From an uncultured candidatus Brocadiaceae bacterium (lineage in GTDB: Bacteria; Planctomycetota; Brocadiia; SM23-32): a stretch of 64,000 nucleotides of DNA. Position numbers and translations under genes: made by a program. The stretch is from assembly GCA_964421565.1 (NCBI GenBank), contig CAYQXJ010000014.1, forward strand, positions 20,690-84,689. The letters run 5' to 3'. Below are positions 1 to 11,900 of the stretch, piece by piece; the first letter of the stretch is position 1, and each line of letters starts with the position of its first letter. The notes beneath the pieces are model-generated. The model was not told the DNA's origin and did not search any database. It worked only from the letters and a program-made list of their open reading frames with translations.

Positions 1-42
1 AACACGGTCGGCGCAGGTGTCGTAACCAAGGTGCTCGAGTAA
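1..42 (+). CDS. tuf: Elongation factor Tu, 3' end (partial)
   Basis: Frame 1 reads NTVGAGVVTKVLE*, the typical EF-Tu C-terminus; it lies directly upstream of rpmG-tRNA-Trp-secE-nusG. Confidence 0.9.
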   Translation, partial: NTVGAGVVTKVLE

Positions 43-56
43 AGGACATTAAGACC

Positions 57-206
57 GTGCGCGAGTACGTCACCTTGGAATGCACCGAGTGTCGGGAGCA
101 GAACTACCGCACCTCCGTGGAAACCCGCGGGGGCAAGCGGCTGGAGCTGAAGAAACACTGTCCGCGGTGCCGCCAGCATACGGTGCATCGGCAGCGCAGA
201 AGGTAG
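57..206 (+). CDS. rpmG: 50S ribosomal protein L33 (zinc-binding type)
   Basis: GTG start after AGGA; reads MREYVTLECTECREQNYRTS...RLELKKHCPRCRQHTVH, with two CxxC motifs. Not in the ORF track (49 aa). Syntenic position. Confidence 0.93.
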   Translation: MREYVTLECTECREQNYRTSVETRGGKRLELKKHCPRCRQHTVHRQRRR

Positions 207-237
207 CGCGCCGCCCCTGCGAGCGGAGGCGAGGGTT

Positions 238-314
238 AGGCCAGTAGCTCAAGTGGCCAGAGCACCGGTTTCCAAAACCGGCGGTTGGGGGTTCGAGTCC
301 CTCCTGGCCTGCCA
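238..314 (+). tRNA. trnW: tRNA-Trp (anticodon CCA)
   Basis: Acceptor stem AGGCCAG/CTGGCCT, anticodon arm CCGGT-TTCCAAA-ACCGG, T loop GTTCGAGTC, encoded 3' CCA; usual position between rpmG and secE. Confidence 0.97.
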
Positions 315-366
315 GCTCCCGCCCCGGCGGCAGATTCGAGAACGGAGGTCTGGCGTGTCTGCAGCA

Positions 367-813
367 ATGGCACCGTACCGGCCCGCCCAGGGCGTATACG
401 CGCGCAGCGGCATGGCGGGCGCCCTGCTGGTGCTCGTCCTGTTCGGCAGCTATCGCGTGTTTCAGATGACGCAGGTGGAGGGGGCGGTCGCCTTCTCCCT
501 GCTCGGTGTCGACGTGCCGGTGGCCGTCCTGTGGGCCGGGGGCGTGTTCCTGGTCCTGGGCCTCATGGTGTTCCTGTTCACGTTCGGGCCGCAGACGGGG
601 CTTCAGTTCATTGACAAGAACACGCACGCACTGATCGACCTGCTGATCGATACGGAGGCCGAGCTTGCGAAGGTCTCCTGGCCGAACAAGGAGGAGCTGA
701 CGCGCTCCACCACGGCGGTGCTGCTGTCCATGCTGCTTCTGGCCGTCTTCCTCTTCGGTGTCGACCAGGTGGTGCTGACGTTCATGCGCATGGCAGGCGT
801 GCTGCCGGGCTGA
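367..813 (+). CDS. secE: Preprotein translocase subunit SecE (three-TM, planctomycete-like)
   Basis: ELAKVSWP motif followed by a C-terminal TM helix; N-terminal YRPAQG. Start set to ATG 367 because the longer track ORF overlaps the tRNA. Confidence 0.92.
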   Translation: MAPYRPAQGVYARSGMAGALLVLVLFGSYRVFQMTQVEGAVAFSLLGVDVPVAVLWAGGVFLVLGLMVFLFTFGPQTGLQFIDKNTHALIDLLIDTEAELAKVSWPNKEELTRSTTAVLLSMLLLAVFLFGVDQVVLTFMRMAGVLPG

Positions 814-863
814 GCCTTAAAGGGTGCATATTCCCATTCTGATTACACAGAGCTCGGGCCGCG

Positions 864-1472
864 ATGGCTACCAAGGATAAAGAGACAACCGCCCAGCCGA
901 CCGCCGAACAGGCCGCCGAGGGCAACCCGAAGAAGTGGTTCGTCCTGCGAGTGCAGAGCAACCGCGAGGAACGGGTGCGCAACAACTTGGTGCGGCTCGT
1001 CGAGCTGGAGGGATTGAGCGAGCGGATTCCCCAGGTGCTGGTGCCGTCGGAATCAGTGACCGAAATGCGCGGCGGCAAGCGCCAGGTGGTCGACCGCAAG
1101 CTCTATCCGGGCTACGTGCTGGTGCAGATGGAAGTGGACGAGAGGGGCCATATACCCGATGATCTGTGGCACCGCGTGCGCGAGACCAGCGGCGTGGGCG
1201 ACTTCATCGGTGGCGAGAAGCCCTGGCCGATGCGCGACGAGGAGGTGGCCCGCATCCTCGGGCAGGCGCGCGAGGTGGAGGTCGAGACGCCGAAGCTCGA
1301 CATCGACCTGCGCGAGGGTGAGATGGTCGAGATCAAGGAAGGCCCGTTCAAGAACGTCGAAGGCTACGTGGAGGAGGTCAACCGGGCCAGCGGCAAGGTG
1401 AAAGTGGTCATCAACATCTTCAACCGCGCCACCCCGGTCGAGCTGGAATACTGGCAGGTCGAATCCGTCTGA
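864..1472 (+). CDS. nusG: Transcription termination/antitermination factor NusG
   Basis: KWFVLRVQSNRE, LYPGYVLV, KOW motif GPF, C-terminal IFNRATPVELEYWQV. Confidence 0.97.
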   Translation: MATKDKETTAQPTAEQAAEGNPKKWFVLRVQSNREERVRNNLVRLVELEGLSERIPQVLVPSESVTEMRGGKRQVVDRKLYPGYVLVQMEVDERGHIPDDLWHRVRETSGVGDFIGGEKPWPMRDEEVARILGQAREVEVETPKLDIDLREGEMVEIKEGPFKNVEGYVEEVNRASGKVKVVINIFNRATPVELEYWQVESV

Positions 1473-1521
1473 GCCCGACCCGCTGCGCCGTAAGCGAAGA
1501 TACCGCATACCGAGGAGTGTC

Positions 1522-1953
1522 ATGGCCAAACGCAGACCCCAGGCTGTGCTGAAGGTGCTGGCCACGGGCGGCCAGGCCAGCCCCGCCCCCCCGCTGGGGC
1601 CGGTGCTCAGCCAGCATCGCGTCAACATCAGCCAGTTCATCCAACGCTTCAATGAACGCACGCAAGACCAGATGGGCGTGCCCCTGCCGGTGATCATACG
1701 CGTTTACCGCGACGGCTCGTTCGACTTCGAGGTCAAAACGCCGCCGGCCAGCTACCTGATAAAACGGGCGGCAGACATCGCCAAGGGTGCCGAGAACCCC
1801 AAGCGCGAGACGGTCGGCTCCATCACGCGGGAACAGGTGCAGCATATCGCCGAGCAGAAGATGGAAGACCTGAACGCCAGCGACATCGAGATGGCGATGC
1901 GAGTGGTGGAAGGCACCGCCCGCAGTTGCGGCGTGGAGGTCGTCGACGGCTGA
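1522..1953 (+). CDS. rplK: 50S ribosomal protein L11
   Basis: ASPAPPLGP, FEVKTPPAS, GTARSCG; synteny. Confidence 0.97.
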   Translation: MAKRRPQAVLKVLATGGQASPAPPLGPVLSQHRVNISQFIQRFNERTQDQMGVPLPVIIRVYRDGSFDFEVKTPPASYLIKRAADIAKGAENPKRETVGSITREQVQHIAEQKMEDLNASDIEMAMRVVEGTARSCGVEVVDG

Positions 1954-1988
1954 GCCCCGCACAAGCCACCATCCAGGACGGATCAACG

Positions 1989-2672
1989 ATGCCACACAGA
2001 AGCCGCAGATACAGAGAAGCGCAGGCGCTCGTCGCAGAGGAGGGGGCCTATCCCCTGGAGGAAGCCCTCGACAGGGTGAAGAGCATGCCCCCGGTGGCCT
2101 TCGATGAAACGATCGAATGCACCGTCGCCCTCGGCATAGACCCCCGGCAGAGTGACCAGCAGGTGCGCGGCACCATCTCGCTGCCCCACGGCACGGGGCA
2201 GAGCCGCACCGTGGCCGTCTTTGCCGAAGGGCCGGCCGCCGAGGCGGCCCAGCAGGCAGGCGCCGACATCGTGGGCGCTGACGAGCTGATACAGCAGGTG
2301 GAAGAGGGCTTCATGGACTTCGACGTCGCGCTCGCCACCCCCGATATGATGAGCCGTATCGGCCGGCTCGGCCGTTACCTGGGGCCACGCGGCCTGATGC
2401 CGAGCCCCAAGAGCGGCACCGTGCGCGAAGACATTGCCGAGGCCGTCGGCGAGTTCAAGGCCGGCATGATCGAGTTCCGCAATGACAGCGGGGGCAACGT
2501 GCACGTGCCTGTCGGCAAACGCTCGTTCGAGACCGATCAGTTGGCCGAAAACGTGCGCAGCCTGCTGGAGCAGTTGCTGCGCATGCGCCCCCCCGCCGCC
2601 AAGGGCGCCTACGTGCGCAGGGTGCACGTCTGCTCGACGATGAGCCCCGGCGTCCGGGTGGATATGTCCTAA
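1989..2672 (+). CDS. rplA: 50S ribosomal protein L1
   Basis: [39 protein letters not shown]; start set to ATG 1989. Confidence 0.97.
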   Translation: MPHRSRRYREAQALVAEEGAYPLEEALDRVKSMPPVAFDETIECTVALGIDPRQSDQQVRGTISLPHGTGQSRTVAVFAEGPAAEAAQQAGADIVGADELIQQVEEGFMDFDVALATPDMMSRIGRLGRYLGPRGLMPSPKSGTVREDIAEAVGEFKAGMIEFRNDSGGNVHVPVGKRSFETDQLAENVRSLLEQLLRMRPPAAKGAYVRRVHVCSTMSPGVRVDMS

Positions 2673-2688
2673 GCTAACGAGGAAGAAG

Positions 2689-3210
2689 ATGCCCCGCGAA
2701 GTCAAAGAACTGATGGTCCGGGAACTGGAGGACGCCTTCCGCCAGGTGCCCGGCGCCGGCTGCGTGCTGGTGAACTACCAGGGCATGAAGGCGGACGACT
2801 CCATCGCCGTGCGCAGCGCCGTGCGGGAGGCCGGGGCGCAACTGACCGTGGTCAAGAACTCGATGTTCGCGATCGCCATGGAGCGGCTCGGGGTCGACGA
2901 TATCCGCACTCTGCTGGAGGGCCCCGTGGCCGTGCTCACGGGCGAGAACCCCGTCGCCGCCGCTAAGGCCGCCCGCAACGCCACCGAGGCGTGCGAAGCC
3001 ATCCAGATCCGGGGCGGCTACGTGGAGGGGGCGATCGTCAACGCCGCCAAGGTCAAGCAACTGGCCGAGATACCCGGCCGCGAGGAGCTGCTGAGCATGA
3101 TCGCCGGCATGCTGCTGATGCCGCTGCGTCGGCTGCTCCTGTGCGTGCTGGACAGGCCGCGCGCCCTGCTGAACGGGCTGGAACAACTGAAGGAGCAGGA
3201 ACAACAGTAA
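2689..3210 (+). CDS. rplJ: 50S ribosomal protein L10
   Basis: NYQGM, VVKNS, LEGP, LAEIPGREELL; lies between rplA and rplL. Confidence 0.93.
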   Translation: MPREVKELMVRELEDAFRQVPGAGCVLVNYQGMKADDSIAVRSAVREAGAQLTVVKNSMFAIAMERLGVDDIRTLLEGPVAVLTGENPVAAAKAARNATEACEAIQIRGGYVEGAIVNAAKVKQLAEIPGREELLSMIAGMLLMPLRRLLLCVLDRPRALLNGLEQLKEQEQQ

Positions 3211-3297
3211 CCGTCGGGGCGCAATCGGCCCGGCAGAATCGTTTGGAGACATCCCTACACGAGCGCGTGCTCGCACGAAACAGGAGGCACAGCACAG

Positions 3298-3714
3298 ATG
3301 TCAGAAGCAACCGTAGAGGAGAGCACCCAGTACTGCGAGAAGGTGCAGGACGTTCTGGATGCGATCAGCGGCTTCACGCTGCTGGAGTTGTCGGAGCTGG
3401 TAAGCGCCTTTGAGGACAAGTTCGGCATCACGGCGGCGGCCGCCGCACCGGTGGCGGCTGCGGCTGCGCCGGCCGAGGCCGAGGAGGAAGAGGAACCCTC
3501 CAGCTACAAGGTCGTGCTGACGAGCTTCGGCGACAAGAAGATCCAGGTCATCAAGGCCGTGCGCAGCGAGACCACCCTGGCGCTGAAAGAAGCGAAGGCC
3601 GTGGTCGAGGGCGTTCCCTCGGATATCAAGACCGGCCTGAGCAAGGAAGAGGCGGAAAAGACGGCCGAGACGCTCAAAGAGGCCGGCGCGGAAGTGGAGG
3701 TCCAGCCCGAGTAA
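3298..3714 (+). CDS. rplL: 50S ribosomal protein L7/L12
   Basis: LLELSELV..FEDKFGI, Ala-rich hinge, KKIQVIKAVR, LKEAK; strong AGGAGG RBS. Confidence 0.96.
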   Translation: MSEATVEESTQYCEKVQDVLDAISGFTLLELSELVSAFEDKFGITAAAAAPVAAAAAPAEAEEEEEPSSYKVVLTSFGDKKIQVIKAVRSETTLALKEAKAVVEGVPSDIKTGLSKEEAEKTAETLKEAGAEVEVQPE

Positions 3715-3915
3715 TCCTGCGGGGGAGACCAGAGTTCGTGCGGACAGTCGGGCAGCGGTACCGTCTTATCAGTTTGGATGGCCGCCAGCGGGGGGGGTGC
3801 GCATCCGCCCGAGCGGCCTTCCACACGTTCAGCCAGGCAGTGCGCCTGCCGGGGCGGAGCAGCACCGGATGCGGGCAGCCCTTCTCCCTATAGCCGAGTC
3901 AGCGGAGTGAACAGT

Positions 3916-6900
3916 ATGGAACATCGCAGCTTCTCGAAAGTTCGCCGGGCCGTCGACATCCCCGACCTGACGAGCATTCAGAAGGACTCCTACCGAGAGT
4001 TTCTCCAGCTCGATGTCGACCCCGCCAAGCGGGAAAGCATCGGACTGCAGCGGATCCTGGAGGAGACCTTCCCGATTGAGAACGAGGCCAAGGGCATCCG
4101 GGTCGACTACATCGAATACCGGTTCGGCAAGCCCCGCTATATGCCGGAGCAATGCCTGCAGCTACGGCTCACCTATGGGCGCCCCTTCTACATCCGTGTG
4201 CGCCTGCACAAAGCGGACGAGGTGCTCGAAGAAGACGTCTACATGGGCGAGATGCCCATCATGCTCGGGGGCGGCGAGTTCATCATCAACGGCGCCGAGC
4301 GCGTCATCGTCACCCAGCTTCACCGCTCGCCCGGGTGCGACTTCTCGAGCGAGACCGCCGGCGACCGCGTGCTCCACTCCTGCCGCATCATCCCCCAGCG
4401 CGGCAGTTGGATCACGATGGAGGTGAACCGGCGCGCGTACCTGACCTGCAGCCTGGACCAGAGCGGCAAGATACCCGTCACCCTGGTGCTGCGTGCCCTG
4501 AGCGAGCAGCACGACAGCGATGCCGACGTGCTGAAGCTCTTCTACGACGTGGAGAAGGTGAAGTTCACCGAGGGCACCGCCGGCGCCAAGTTGCGCGAAC
4601 GCGTCAGTGCCCAGACCATCTACGCCGACGAGGAAGAGGAGCTGGCGATCGTCAGCGCGGGTGAGCAGATCACCGAAGAGAGCGCCCAGCAGCTCGCCCA
4701 GGCCGGCGTCAGCACACTGGAGGTGCTGCCCGAGGAATACGACCCCCTGATGCTCAACACCCTGCGCGAAGACCGCAGCCACGACCATGCCTCCGCCATT
4801 CGCGAACTCTACGGCAAGCTGCGCCCCGGCACCCCCTTCACGTTCGAGAAAGCCCGCCAGACCATTTGGGAGAAGTTCTACGATCCGAACCGCTACCAGC
4901 TCGGCGAGGTCGGCCGGTTCCGCATGAATCGCAAGTTCGGCGAGAACGTGCCGCTGGAGCAGCAGACCCTGCGGCCGGAAGACTTCATCAACGCCGTGCG
5001 CTACATCGTCCTGCTGCGCGAAGGGCGGGGCCAGGTGGACGACATCGACCACCTGGGCAACCGCCGCGTGCGCACCATCGGCGAGCTGGCGACCGACCAG
5101 CTCCGGCGCGGTTTTCTGAAGATGCAGCGCACCGTGCAGGACCGCATCAACCTGAAAGACCCCGAGAAGTTCACCCCCCGCAACCTGATCAACAGCAAAA
5201 CGGTCAGCGCCAGCATCAACTACTTCTTCGGCCGCAGTGAACTGTCCCAGATCGTCGACCAGCACAACCCGCTCAGCCAGCTCACCAACGAGCGTCGGCT
5301 CAGTGCGCTCGGCCCCGGGGGGCTTAACCGCAAGCGGGCGGGCTTCGACGTGCGCGACGTGCACATCAGCCACTACGGGCGCATCTGCCCCATCGAAACG
5401 CCCGAAGGCACGAACATTGGGCTGATCACCAGCCTCGGGCTGTATGCCGGCGTGGACGAGTTCGGTTTCCTGGTCTCGCCCTACCGGGTTGTGCGCGACG
5501 GCGAGGTGACCGACGAGATCCACTACCTGCGGGCGGACGAGGAGGAGGAGATCTTCATCGCCCCGGCCGACGCCGAGCTGGGCGAGCTGCAGCCGGACGA
5601 TGCGATCATCGTGCGCTACGGCGGCGACCTGGCCGAAGTGCGCGTGGCTGACGTGCAGTACGCCGACGTCTCGCCACAACAGATCGTGGGCGTCAGCGCC
5701 AGCCTGATACCCTTCCTGGAGCACAGTGACGCCAACCGCGCGCTGATGGGCTCCAACATGCAGCGCCAGGCCGTGCCGCTGCTGAAGACCGAACCCCCGC
5801 TGGTGGCGACCGGCACCGAGCGGGCCGTCGCGCGCAACTCCGGCATGGTGGTGGTAGCGGAGGCGCACGGCGAGGTGACCCACGTCGACAGCGCCAGGAT
5901 CGTCGTGGACGACAAGATATACCGGCTGAAGAAGTTCGTCGGACTCAACCAGAAGACCTGCCTGAACCAGCGGCCCGTGGTGGAAGTGGGCGACAAGGTA
6001 AAGGCGGGCGACGTGCTGGCCGACGGCGCCTCCACCAGTGAGGGCGAGCTGGCACTCGGGCGCAACGCCCTGGTCGCCTTCATGCCGTGGGAGGGCTACA
6101 ACTTCGAGGACGCCATACTGATCAGCGAGGAGCTGCTCAAGGAGGATGCCTACACCTCCGTCCACATCGAGATGTTCGAGGTGGAGATCCGGGAGACGAA
6201 GCTCGGCAAGGAGGAGTTCACCCGCGACATACCCAACGTCTCCGAGCAGCAGTTGCGCAACCTGGACGAGCACGGCGTGATCCGCGAGGGCACGTGGGTG
6301 CAGTCCGGCGACATCCTGGTCGGCAAGGTCGCCCCCAAGAGCCGCAGTGAACTGACCCCCGAGGAGAAGCTGCTCTACGCCATCTTCGGCAAGGCGGGCG
6401 AAGACGTGCGCAACGACTCGCTCACCGCCCCCAGCGGCGTGGAGGGCGTGGTGGTCAGAACGGAGCAGTTCAGCCGCCGTTCCTACCTGAGCGAGGAGGA
6501 GCAGGCCGAACTGGACACCCAGATCGAGGAGGTTAGCGAGCACTACAACAGCCAGATCATCGGCCTGTTCAAAGAAGCGCTCGAAGCCATCCGCAATGAG
6601 CTGGACGGTCCCGTGGTGGACGTGCGCAGCGGCCGCGTCTTCGAGGCCAGCGGTGACCTCGATGCCGAAGCAATCCTGGATATGGAGGACGATTTCCAGC
6701 TCAGTTCGGTGGACTTCGGCGGCGCCCGCATCAACAGCAAAGTGCGCAAGGTCTACGCACCGTACGCTGACAAGATTGAGCAGCTCAAGCACGAGCGCGA
6801 TCGCAAACTGCTGCAGTACCAAAGCGGCGACGAACTGCCGAGTGGCGTGCTGGAAATGGTCAAGGTCTACGTCGCCACCAAGCACAAGCTGTCGGTGGGC

Positions 6901-7584
6901 GACAAGATGGCCGGCCGGCACGGCAACAAGGGCGTGATCGCGAAGATATTGCCGGTTGAGGACATGCCCTTTTTGGAGGAGGGAACGCCGGTCGACATCG
7001 TGCTCAACCCCCTCGGCGTGCCGAGCCGTATGAACGTGGGGCAGATACTGGAGACGCACCTGGGCTGGGCTGCACGGACGCTCGGTTTCCAGGCCGTCAC
7101 CCCCGTCTTCGACGGTGCCACGGAGGAGGAGATCCGCGAGTGCCTGACAGACGCCGGACTGCCTCAGGACGGCAAGACCATCCTCTACGACGGGCGCACG
7201 GGCGAGCCGTTCGACCAGAAGGTCACCGTCGGCTACATGTACATGATGAAGCTCGACCACCTGGTCGACGAGAAGGTGCACGCCCGGGCCACCGGCCCCT
7301 ACTCACTGATCACGCAGCAGCCCCTCGGCGGCAAGGCCCGTTACGGCGGCCAGCGCTTCGGCGAGATGGAGGTCTGGGCGCTCGAGGCCTACGGCGCCGC
7401 GCACATCCTGCAGGAATTGCTCACCGTCAAGAGCGACGACATCGAAGGACGCACCAAGATATACGAGTCCATGGTCAAGGGGGAGAACCTGCTCGAGCCG
7501 GGCATCCCGGTCGCGTTCGAGGTCCTCTGCAACGAGATACGCGGACTGGGGCTGAACATCCGCCTCGAGAAAGAAACCCTCTGA
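3916..7584 (+). CDS. rpoB: DNA-directed RNA polymerase subunit beta
   Basis: [41 protein letters not shown]; start set to ATG 3916, which follows GGAG. Confidence 0.99.
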   Translation: MEHRSFSKVRRAVDIPDLTSIQKDSYREFLQLDVDPAKRESIGLQRILEETFPIENEAKGIRVDYIEYRFGKPRYMPEQCLQLRLTYGRPFYIRVRLHKADEVLEEDVYMGEMPIMLGGGEFIINGAERVIVTQLHRSPGCDFSSETAGDRVLHSCRIIPQRGSWITMEVNRRAYLTCSLDQSGKIPVTLVLRALSEQHDSDADVLKLFYDVEKVKFTEGTAGAKLRERVSAQTIYADEEEELAIVSAGEQITEESAQQLAQAGVSTLEVLPEEYDPLMLNTLREDRSHDHASAIRELYGKLRPGTPFTFEKARQTIWEKFYDPNRYQLGEVGRFRMNRKFGENVPLEQQTLRPEDFINAVRYIVLLREGRGQVDDIDHLGNRRVRTIGELATDQLRRGFLKMQRTVQDRINLKDPEKFTPRNLINSKTVSASINYFFGRSELSQIVDQHNPLSQLTNERRLSALGPGGLNRKRAGFDVRDVHISHYGRICPIETPEGTNIGLITSLGLYAGVDEFGFLVSPYRVVRDGEVTDEIHYLRADEEEEIFIAPADAELGELQPDDAIIVRYGGDLAEVRVADVQYADVSPQQIVGVSASLIPFLEHSDANRALMGSNMQRQAVPLLKTEPPLVATGTERAVARNSGMVVVAEAHGEVTHVDSARIVVDDKIYRLKKFVGLNQKTCLNQRPVVEVGDKVKAGDVLADGASTSEGELALGRNALVAFMPWEGYNFEDAILISEELLKEDAYTSVHIEMFEVEIRETKLGKEEFTRDIPNVSEQQLRNLDEHGVIREGTWVQSGDILVGKVAPKSRSELTPEEKLLYAIFGKAGEDVRNDSLTAPSGVEGVVVRTEQFSRRSYLSEEEQAELDTQIEEVSEHYNSQIIGLFKEALEAIRNELDGPVVDVRSGRVFEASGDLDAEAILDMEDDFQLSSVDFGGARINSKVRKVYAPYADKIEQLKHERDRKLLQYQSGDELPSGVLEMVKVYVATKHKLSVGDKMAGRHGNKGVIAKILPVEDMPFLEEGTPVDIVLNPLGVPSRMNVGQILETHLGWAARTLGFQAVTPVFDGATEEEIRECLTDAGLPQDGKTILYDGRTGEPFDQKVTVGYMYMMKLDHLVDEKVHARATGPYSLITQQPLGGKARYGGQRFGEMEVWALEAYGAAHILQELLTVKSDDIEGRTKIYESMVKGENLLEPGIPVAFEVLCNEIRGLGLNIRLEKETL

Positions 7585-7679
7585 CCCTGAAACAGCCCGC
7601 GCGAGCGGCCAGTTCTGGCTGAAGCGACGCCGGGCAGAACGAAGAGAACAAACTGGCTCCTTTACGGAGGCCGACGAAG

Positions 7680-10600
7680 ATGCTGGAGAGCGGCTACGAT
7701 CGCGTCAATGAGTATAAGTCCGTGCGCATTTCCCTGGCTTCGCCCCAGGACATCCGCAGCTGGTCGTACGGCGAGGTTACCGAGCCGGAGACCATCAACT
7801 ACCGCACCTACCGCCCGGAGAGGGACGGGCTCTTCTGCGAGCGCATATTCGGCCCGCAGAACGACTGGGAGTGCAGTTGCGGCAAGTACCGCGGCATGAA
7901 GCATAAGGGCATCGTGTGCGACCGCTGCGGGGTGAAGGTCACCCACAGCCGCGTGCGGCGCCACCGCATGGGCCACATCAACCTGGCCGCACCCGTCGTG
8001 CACATATGGTTCTTCAAGAGCATGCCCTGCCGGCTGGCCAACCTGCTGGGCATGAAGAGCACCGACCTTCAGCGGATCATCTACTTCCAGAACTACGCCG
8101 TCACCGACCCCAAAGACACGCCGCTCGAATACCAGCAACTGCTCAGCGAGGAGGAGTACCGCGACGCGCTGATGGAGTATGGCGAGCACGGGTTCGATGC
8201 ACGCATGGGCGCCGAGGCCATCAAGCAGTTCCTGGAGGACCTGGACCTCGAGACCCTGTGCACCGAACTGCGCGCCGAACTGAAGACCTGCTCCTCCAAA
8301 CAGCGGCGCAAGAAGATCATAAAGCAGCTCACCGAGGCCGAAGCCCTGCGCGAGAGCAACAACCGGCCGGAGTGGGTCGTCCTCGACGTCATACCAGTCA
8401 TCCCGCCGGAGCTGCGCCCGCTGGTCATGCTCGACAGCGGCAACTTCGCCTCCAGTGACCTGAATGACCTCTACCGCCGCATCATCAACCGCAACAACCG
8501 TCTGCACAAGCTGCTCGACCTGAACGCCCCCGGCGTGATCATCCGCAACGAAAAGCGCATGCTGCAGCAGTCGGTCGACTCCCTCTTCGACAACAGCCGC
8601 TGCAAGCGGCCCGTGATGGGCAGCGGCAACCGGCCGCTGAAGTCGCTGACCGACATGATCAAGGGCAAGCAGGGCCGGTTCCGCGAGAACCTGCTCGGCA
8701 AGCGCGTGGACTACAGCGCCCGCAGCGTCATCGTGGTCGGACCCGACCTGCGGCTCAACCAGTGCGGCCTGCCCAAGAAGATCGCCCTCGAACTCTACCA
8801 GCCGTTCATCATCCGCAAGCTCAAGGAGAAGGGCATTGCCGACACGCTCAAGAGCGCCAAGCGCGAACTGGAGAACCGCACCGAAGAGGTCTGGGACGTG
8901 CTGGACGAGGTCATCGAGCGTCACCCCGTACTGCTGAACCGGGCCCCCACCCTCCACCGCATGGGCATCCAGGCGTTCGACCCCGTGCTGGTCGAGGGCA
9001 ACGCCATTAAGCTGCATCCGCTGGTCTGCAAGGGCTTCAACGCGGACTTCGACGGCGACGCCATGGCCGTGCACCTGCCGCTCAGCATCGAGGCACAGAT
9101 TGAGGCCAAGACGCTGATGATGGCCCCGCACAACGTGTTCACCCCGCAGAGTGGGCGCCCCATCATCAGCCCCTCGCACGACATCGTGCTCGGCTGCTAC
9201 TACCTGACGGTCGAGCCGCGCCGGGAGCAGGAGGAGATCAAGAACTACGCCGGCCTCCAGGAGGTGCACATGGCGCACTCCCGCTCCTCCAAGGCGCAGA
9301 AGCGCCGTGAATCGGCTGGCGAACAGGTGCCCACTACACCGGCGGGGCAGATTGACGTGCACACGCGCGTGCGCGTGCGTGATAAGTCCATAACCGAGGT
9401 CGTGGACCGCCTCGACGCCGAACCCCGCGAGCACCAGGGCATGCTGGAGACGACGGTCGGGCGCGTGATCTTCAATGATATGCTGCCGGAGGGCATGCCG
9501 TTCTATAACTTCCAGCTCGTCAGCGGCGGGCTGAACCGGGTCATTCACGACTGCTACGAGCGGCTCGGCCGCCAGACCACGGTGGACATGCTGGACGACA
9601 TGAAGGACCTCGGCTTCCACTGGGCCACGGAGGCCGGCATTTCCTTCGCCATGCAGGACCTGCGACTGCCCCCGAGCAAGGCGCGCATCCTGCAGCAGAC
9701 CGAAGAGGTCGTCGAAGAGATCATGCAGGCCTACCGCGAGGGCGCCATCACCGACATCGAGCGGCGACAGCGCGTCATCGACGAGTGGAACGCCGCCACC
9801 GACGCCGTCGCGCAGGAACTGTTCGAGCAACTGGGCACCGACGAACGCGAGGGGCGCCCCTACCTGAACCCCGTCTACATGATGGTGGAGTCCGGCGCGC
9901 GCGGCAAACAGATCCAGATCAGCCAGCTGGCCGGCATGCGCGGCCTGATGGCCAAGCCGAGCGGGCAGATCATCGAAACGCCGATCAAGGCGAGCTTCCG
10001 CGAGGGGCTGGACGTGCTGGAGTACTTCAGCTCCACCCACGGCGCGCGCAAGGGCCTCGCCGACACTGCCCTGAAGACAGCCGAGAGCGGATATCTGACG
10101 CGCCGGCTCGCGGACGTGGCGCAGAATGTCATACTGACCGAGCAGGACTGCGGCACCATGAACGCTATCACCAAGGGACCGGTGCTGCGCGGGGATAAGA
10201 TAGCCGTGCCGCTGCGCGACGTAGTCGTGGGGCGGACGGCGCGCGACACGTTCATCCACCCGATCAGCGACGAACTGATCGTGCGGGAGAACCAGATCAT
10301 CACCGAAGAGATCGCGCGGAAGCTGGAGGAGTTTGACGAGCGGATGAAGATCCGTGTCCGTTCCCCGCTCACGTGCGAGTGCCGCCGGGGCAGTTGCGTG
10401 AAGTGCTACGGTATGGACCTGGCCCGCAAGGAGCCGGCCGAGGTCGGGTTGACCGCTGGCATCATAGCCGCCCAGTCCATCGGCGAGCCCGGCACGCAGC
10501 TCACCATGCAGACCTTCCACATCGGCGGCGTCGCCATTGGCGGTACCGAAGAGACGGAGATTGTCTCCAAGCGGGCCGGCCAGGCGCACTTCGAAGAACT

Positions 10601-11843
10601 GCAGGTGGTAGCCGACCCGGAAGGCCGCCGCGTGGCGATCAGCCGTCACGGCGAAATGGCTATCCTGGACTCCAAAGGCCGCGAACTGGAGCGTCACAGC
10701 ATTCCCGCCGGCGCGGAAGTGCCGGTCGAGGACGGAAGCGCCGTGCAGGAGGGTCAGGTGCTGGCCTCGTGGGACAGCCACTTCACCCCGATCCTCGCCG
10801 AGGTCGGCGGCAAGGTGCACTACGAGGACCTGGTCGAGGGCAAGACCCTGCGCATCGAGGAGGACCAGGTGCACGGCACCAGCCGCAAGCTCGTGATGGA
10901 GCACAAGGGCGACATGCACCCGCAGGTCCTGATCGAGGGGCCGGACGGCGATATCCTGAGCCTCTACCCGCTGCCGGAGAAGGCGATCATCGAAGTGGAT
11001 GACGGCCAGCAGATAACTGCCGGCACGCGGCTGGCCAGAACGCTGCGCGAGGCCCAGCGCACACAGGACATCACCGGCGGCCTGCCGCGCGTGACCGAGC
11101 TGTTCGAGGCACGCACGCCGAAGGACCCCGCCGTGATGAGCGAGATCGACGGCGTGGTCACCGACATCCAGCGGCGCCGCGGCCGCACCGTCATCAAGGT
11201 GGAAGACCCCGAGACGGGTTACGAGTCCGAACACACCGTGCCGGCCGGCAAGCACCTGCGGGTCAACCGCGGTGACCGCGTGGCGGCCGGGCAGGCGCTG
11301 GTCGACGGCCCGCTGGTGCTGGAGGACATCCTGCGCATCAGCGGCGAGGAAGCCCTGCACAACTACATGCTGCAGGAGATCCAGAACGTCTACCGCACGC
11401 AGGACGCCACCATCGACGACAAGCACTTCGAGATCATCATCTCGCAGATGACACGGCGCGTGCGTGTGCAAAACCCCGGCGACACGCGTTTCCTGCCGGA
11501 CGAGCAGGTGGACAAGTTCGTCTTCCGCGACGAGAACGAGCAGGTTGTCGAGCGCGGCGGCGAAGCGGCCACGGCCGAGCCCGTCATCCTGGGCATCACC
11601 AAGGCTGCGCTTAGCAGCGACAGCTTCATCAGCGCTGCTTCGTTCCAGAACACCACGCGTGTGCTGACGCGGGCCGCGCTCGCCGGCGCCACCGACCCGC
11701 TGGAAGGGCTGAAGGAGAATGTGATCGTCGGTCACCTGATACCCTCGGGCACCGGCGTGACGCAGTTGCTGCAGAGCAAGGTAGAGACCCTCGTCGAGGG
11801 CGCCGAACTGCTGGAGCTTGAACAGCCGGCCACCAGCAGCTAA
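7680..11843 (+). CDS. rpoC: DNA-directed RNA polymerase subunit beta'
   Basis: N-terminal zinc finger, [35 protein letters not shown]. Confidence 0.99.
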   Translation: MLESGYDRVNEYKSVRISLASPQDIRSWSYGEVTEPETINYRTYRPERDGLFCERIFGPQNDWECSCGKYRGMKHKGIVCDRCGVKVTHSRVRRHRMGHINLAAPVVHIWFFKSMPCRLANLLGMKSTDLQRIIYFQNYAVTDPKDTPLEYQQLLSEEEYRDALMEYGEHGFDARMGAEAIKQFLEDLDLETLCTELRAELKTCSSKQRRKKIIKQLTEAEALRESNNRPEWVVLDVIPVIPPELRPLVMLDSGNFASSDLNDLYRRIINRNNRLHKLLDLNAPGVIIRNEKRMLQQSVDSLFDNSRCKRPVMGSGNRPLKSLTDMIKGKQGRFRENLLGKRVDYSARSVIVVGPDLRLNQCGLPKKIALELYQPFIIRKLKEKGIADTLKSAKRELENRTEEVWDVLDEVIERHPVLLNRAPTLHRMGIQAFDPVLVEGNAIKLHPLVCKGFNADFDGDAMAVHLPLSIEAQIEAKTLMMAPHNVFTPQSGRPIISPSHDIVLGCYYLTVEPRREQEEIKNYAGLQEVHMAHSRSSKAQKRRESAGEQVPTTPAGQIDVHTRVRVRDKSITEVVDRLDAEPREHQGMLETTVGRVIFNDMLPEGMPFYNFQLVSGGLNRVIHDCYERLGRQTTVDMLDDMKDLGFHWATEAGISFAMQDLRLPPSKARILQQTEEVVEEIMQAYREGAITDIERRQRVIDEWNAATDAVAQELFEQLGTDEREGRPYLNPVYMMVESGARGKQIQISQLAGMRGLMAKPSGQIIETPIKASFREGLDVLEYFSSTHGARKGLADTALKTAESGYLTRRLADVAQNVILTEQDCGTMNAITKGPVLRGDKIAVPLRDVVVGRTARDTFIHPISDELIVRENQIITEEIARKLEEFDERMKIRVRSPLTCECRRGSCVKCYGMDLARKEPAEVGLTAGIIAAQSIGEPGTQLTMQTFHIGGVAIGGTEETEIVSKRAGQAHFEELQVVADPEGRRVAISRHGEMAILDSKGRELERHSIPAGAEVPVEDGSAVQEGQVLASWDSHFTPILAEVGGKVHYEDLVEGKTLRIEEDQVHGTSRKLVMEHKGDMHPQVLIEGPDGDILSLYPLPEKAIIEVDDGQQITAGTRLARTLREAQRTQDITGGLPRVTELFEARTPKDPAVMSEIDGVVTDIQRRRGRTVIKVEDPETGYESEHTVPAGKHLRVNRGDRVAAGQALVDGPLVLEDILRISGEEALHNYMLQEIQNVYRTQDATIDDKHFEIIISQMTRRVRVQNPGDTRFLPDEQVDKFVFRDENEQVVERGGEAATAEPVILGITKAALSSDSFISAASFQNTTRVLTRAALAGATDPLEGLKENVIVGHLIPSGTGVTQLLQSKVETLVEGAELLELEQPATSS

Positions 11844-11900
11844 AATAAGGGGCGCGACCGACTTGTGGGAAGGCCCCGCTATACGGAGAGAGTGAACAGT

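Noticed and set aside
3916-11843. Inteins or introns in rpoB/rpoC
   Set aside because: Protein lengths are ordinary and there are no intein splice motifs; only short lineage-specific insertions are present, for example around 9270-9440.
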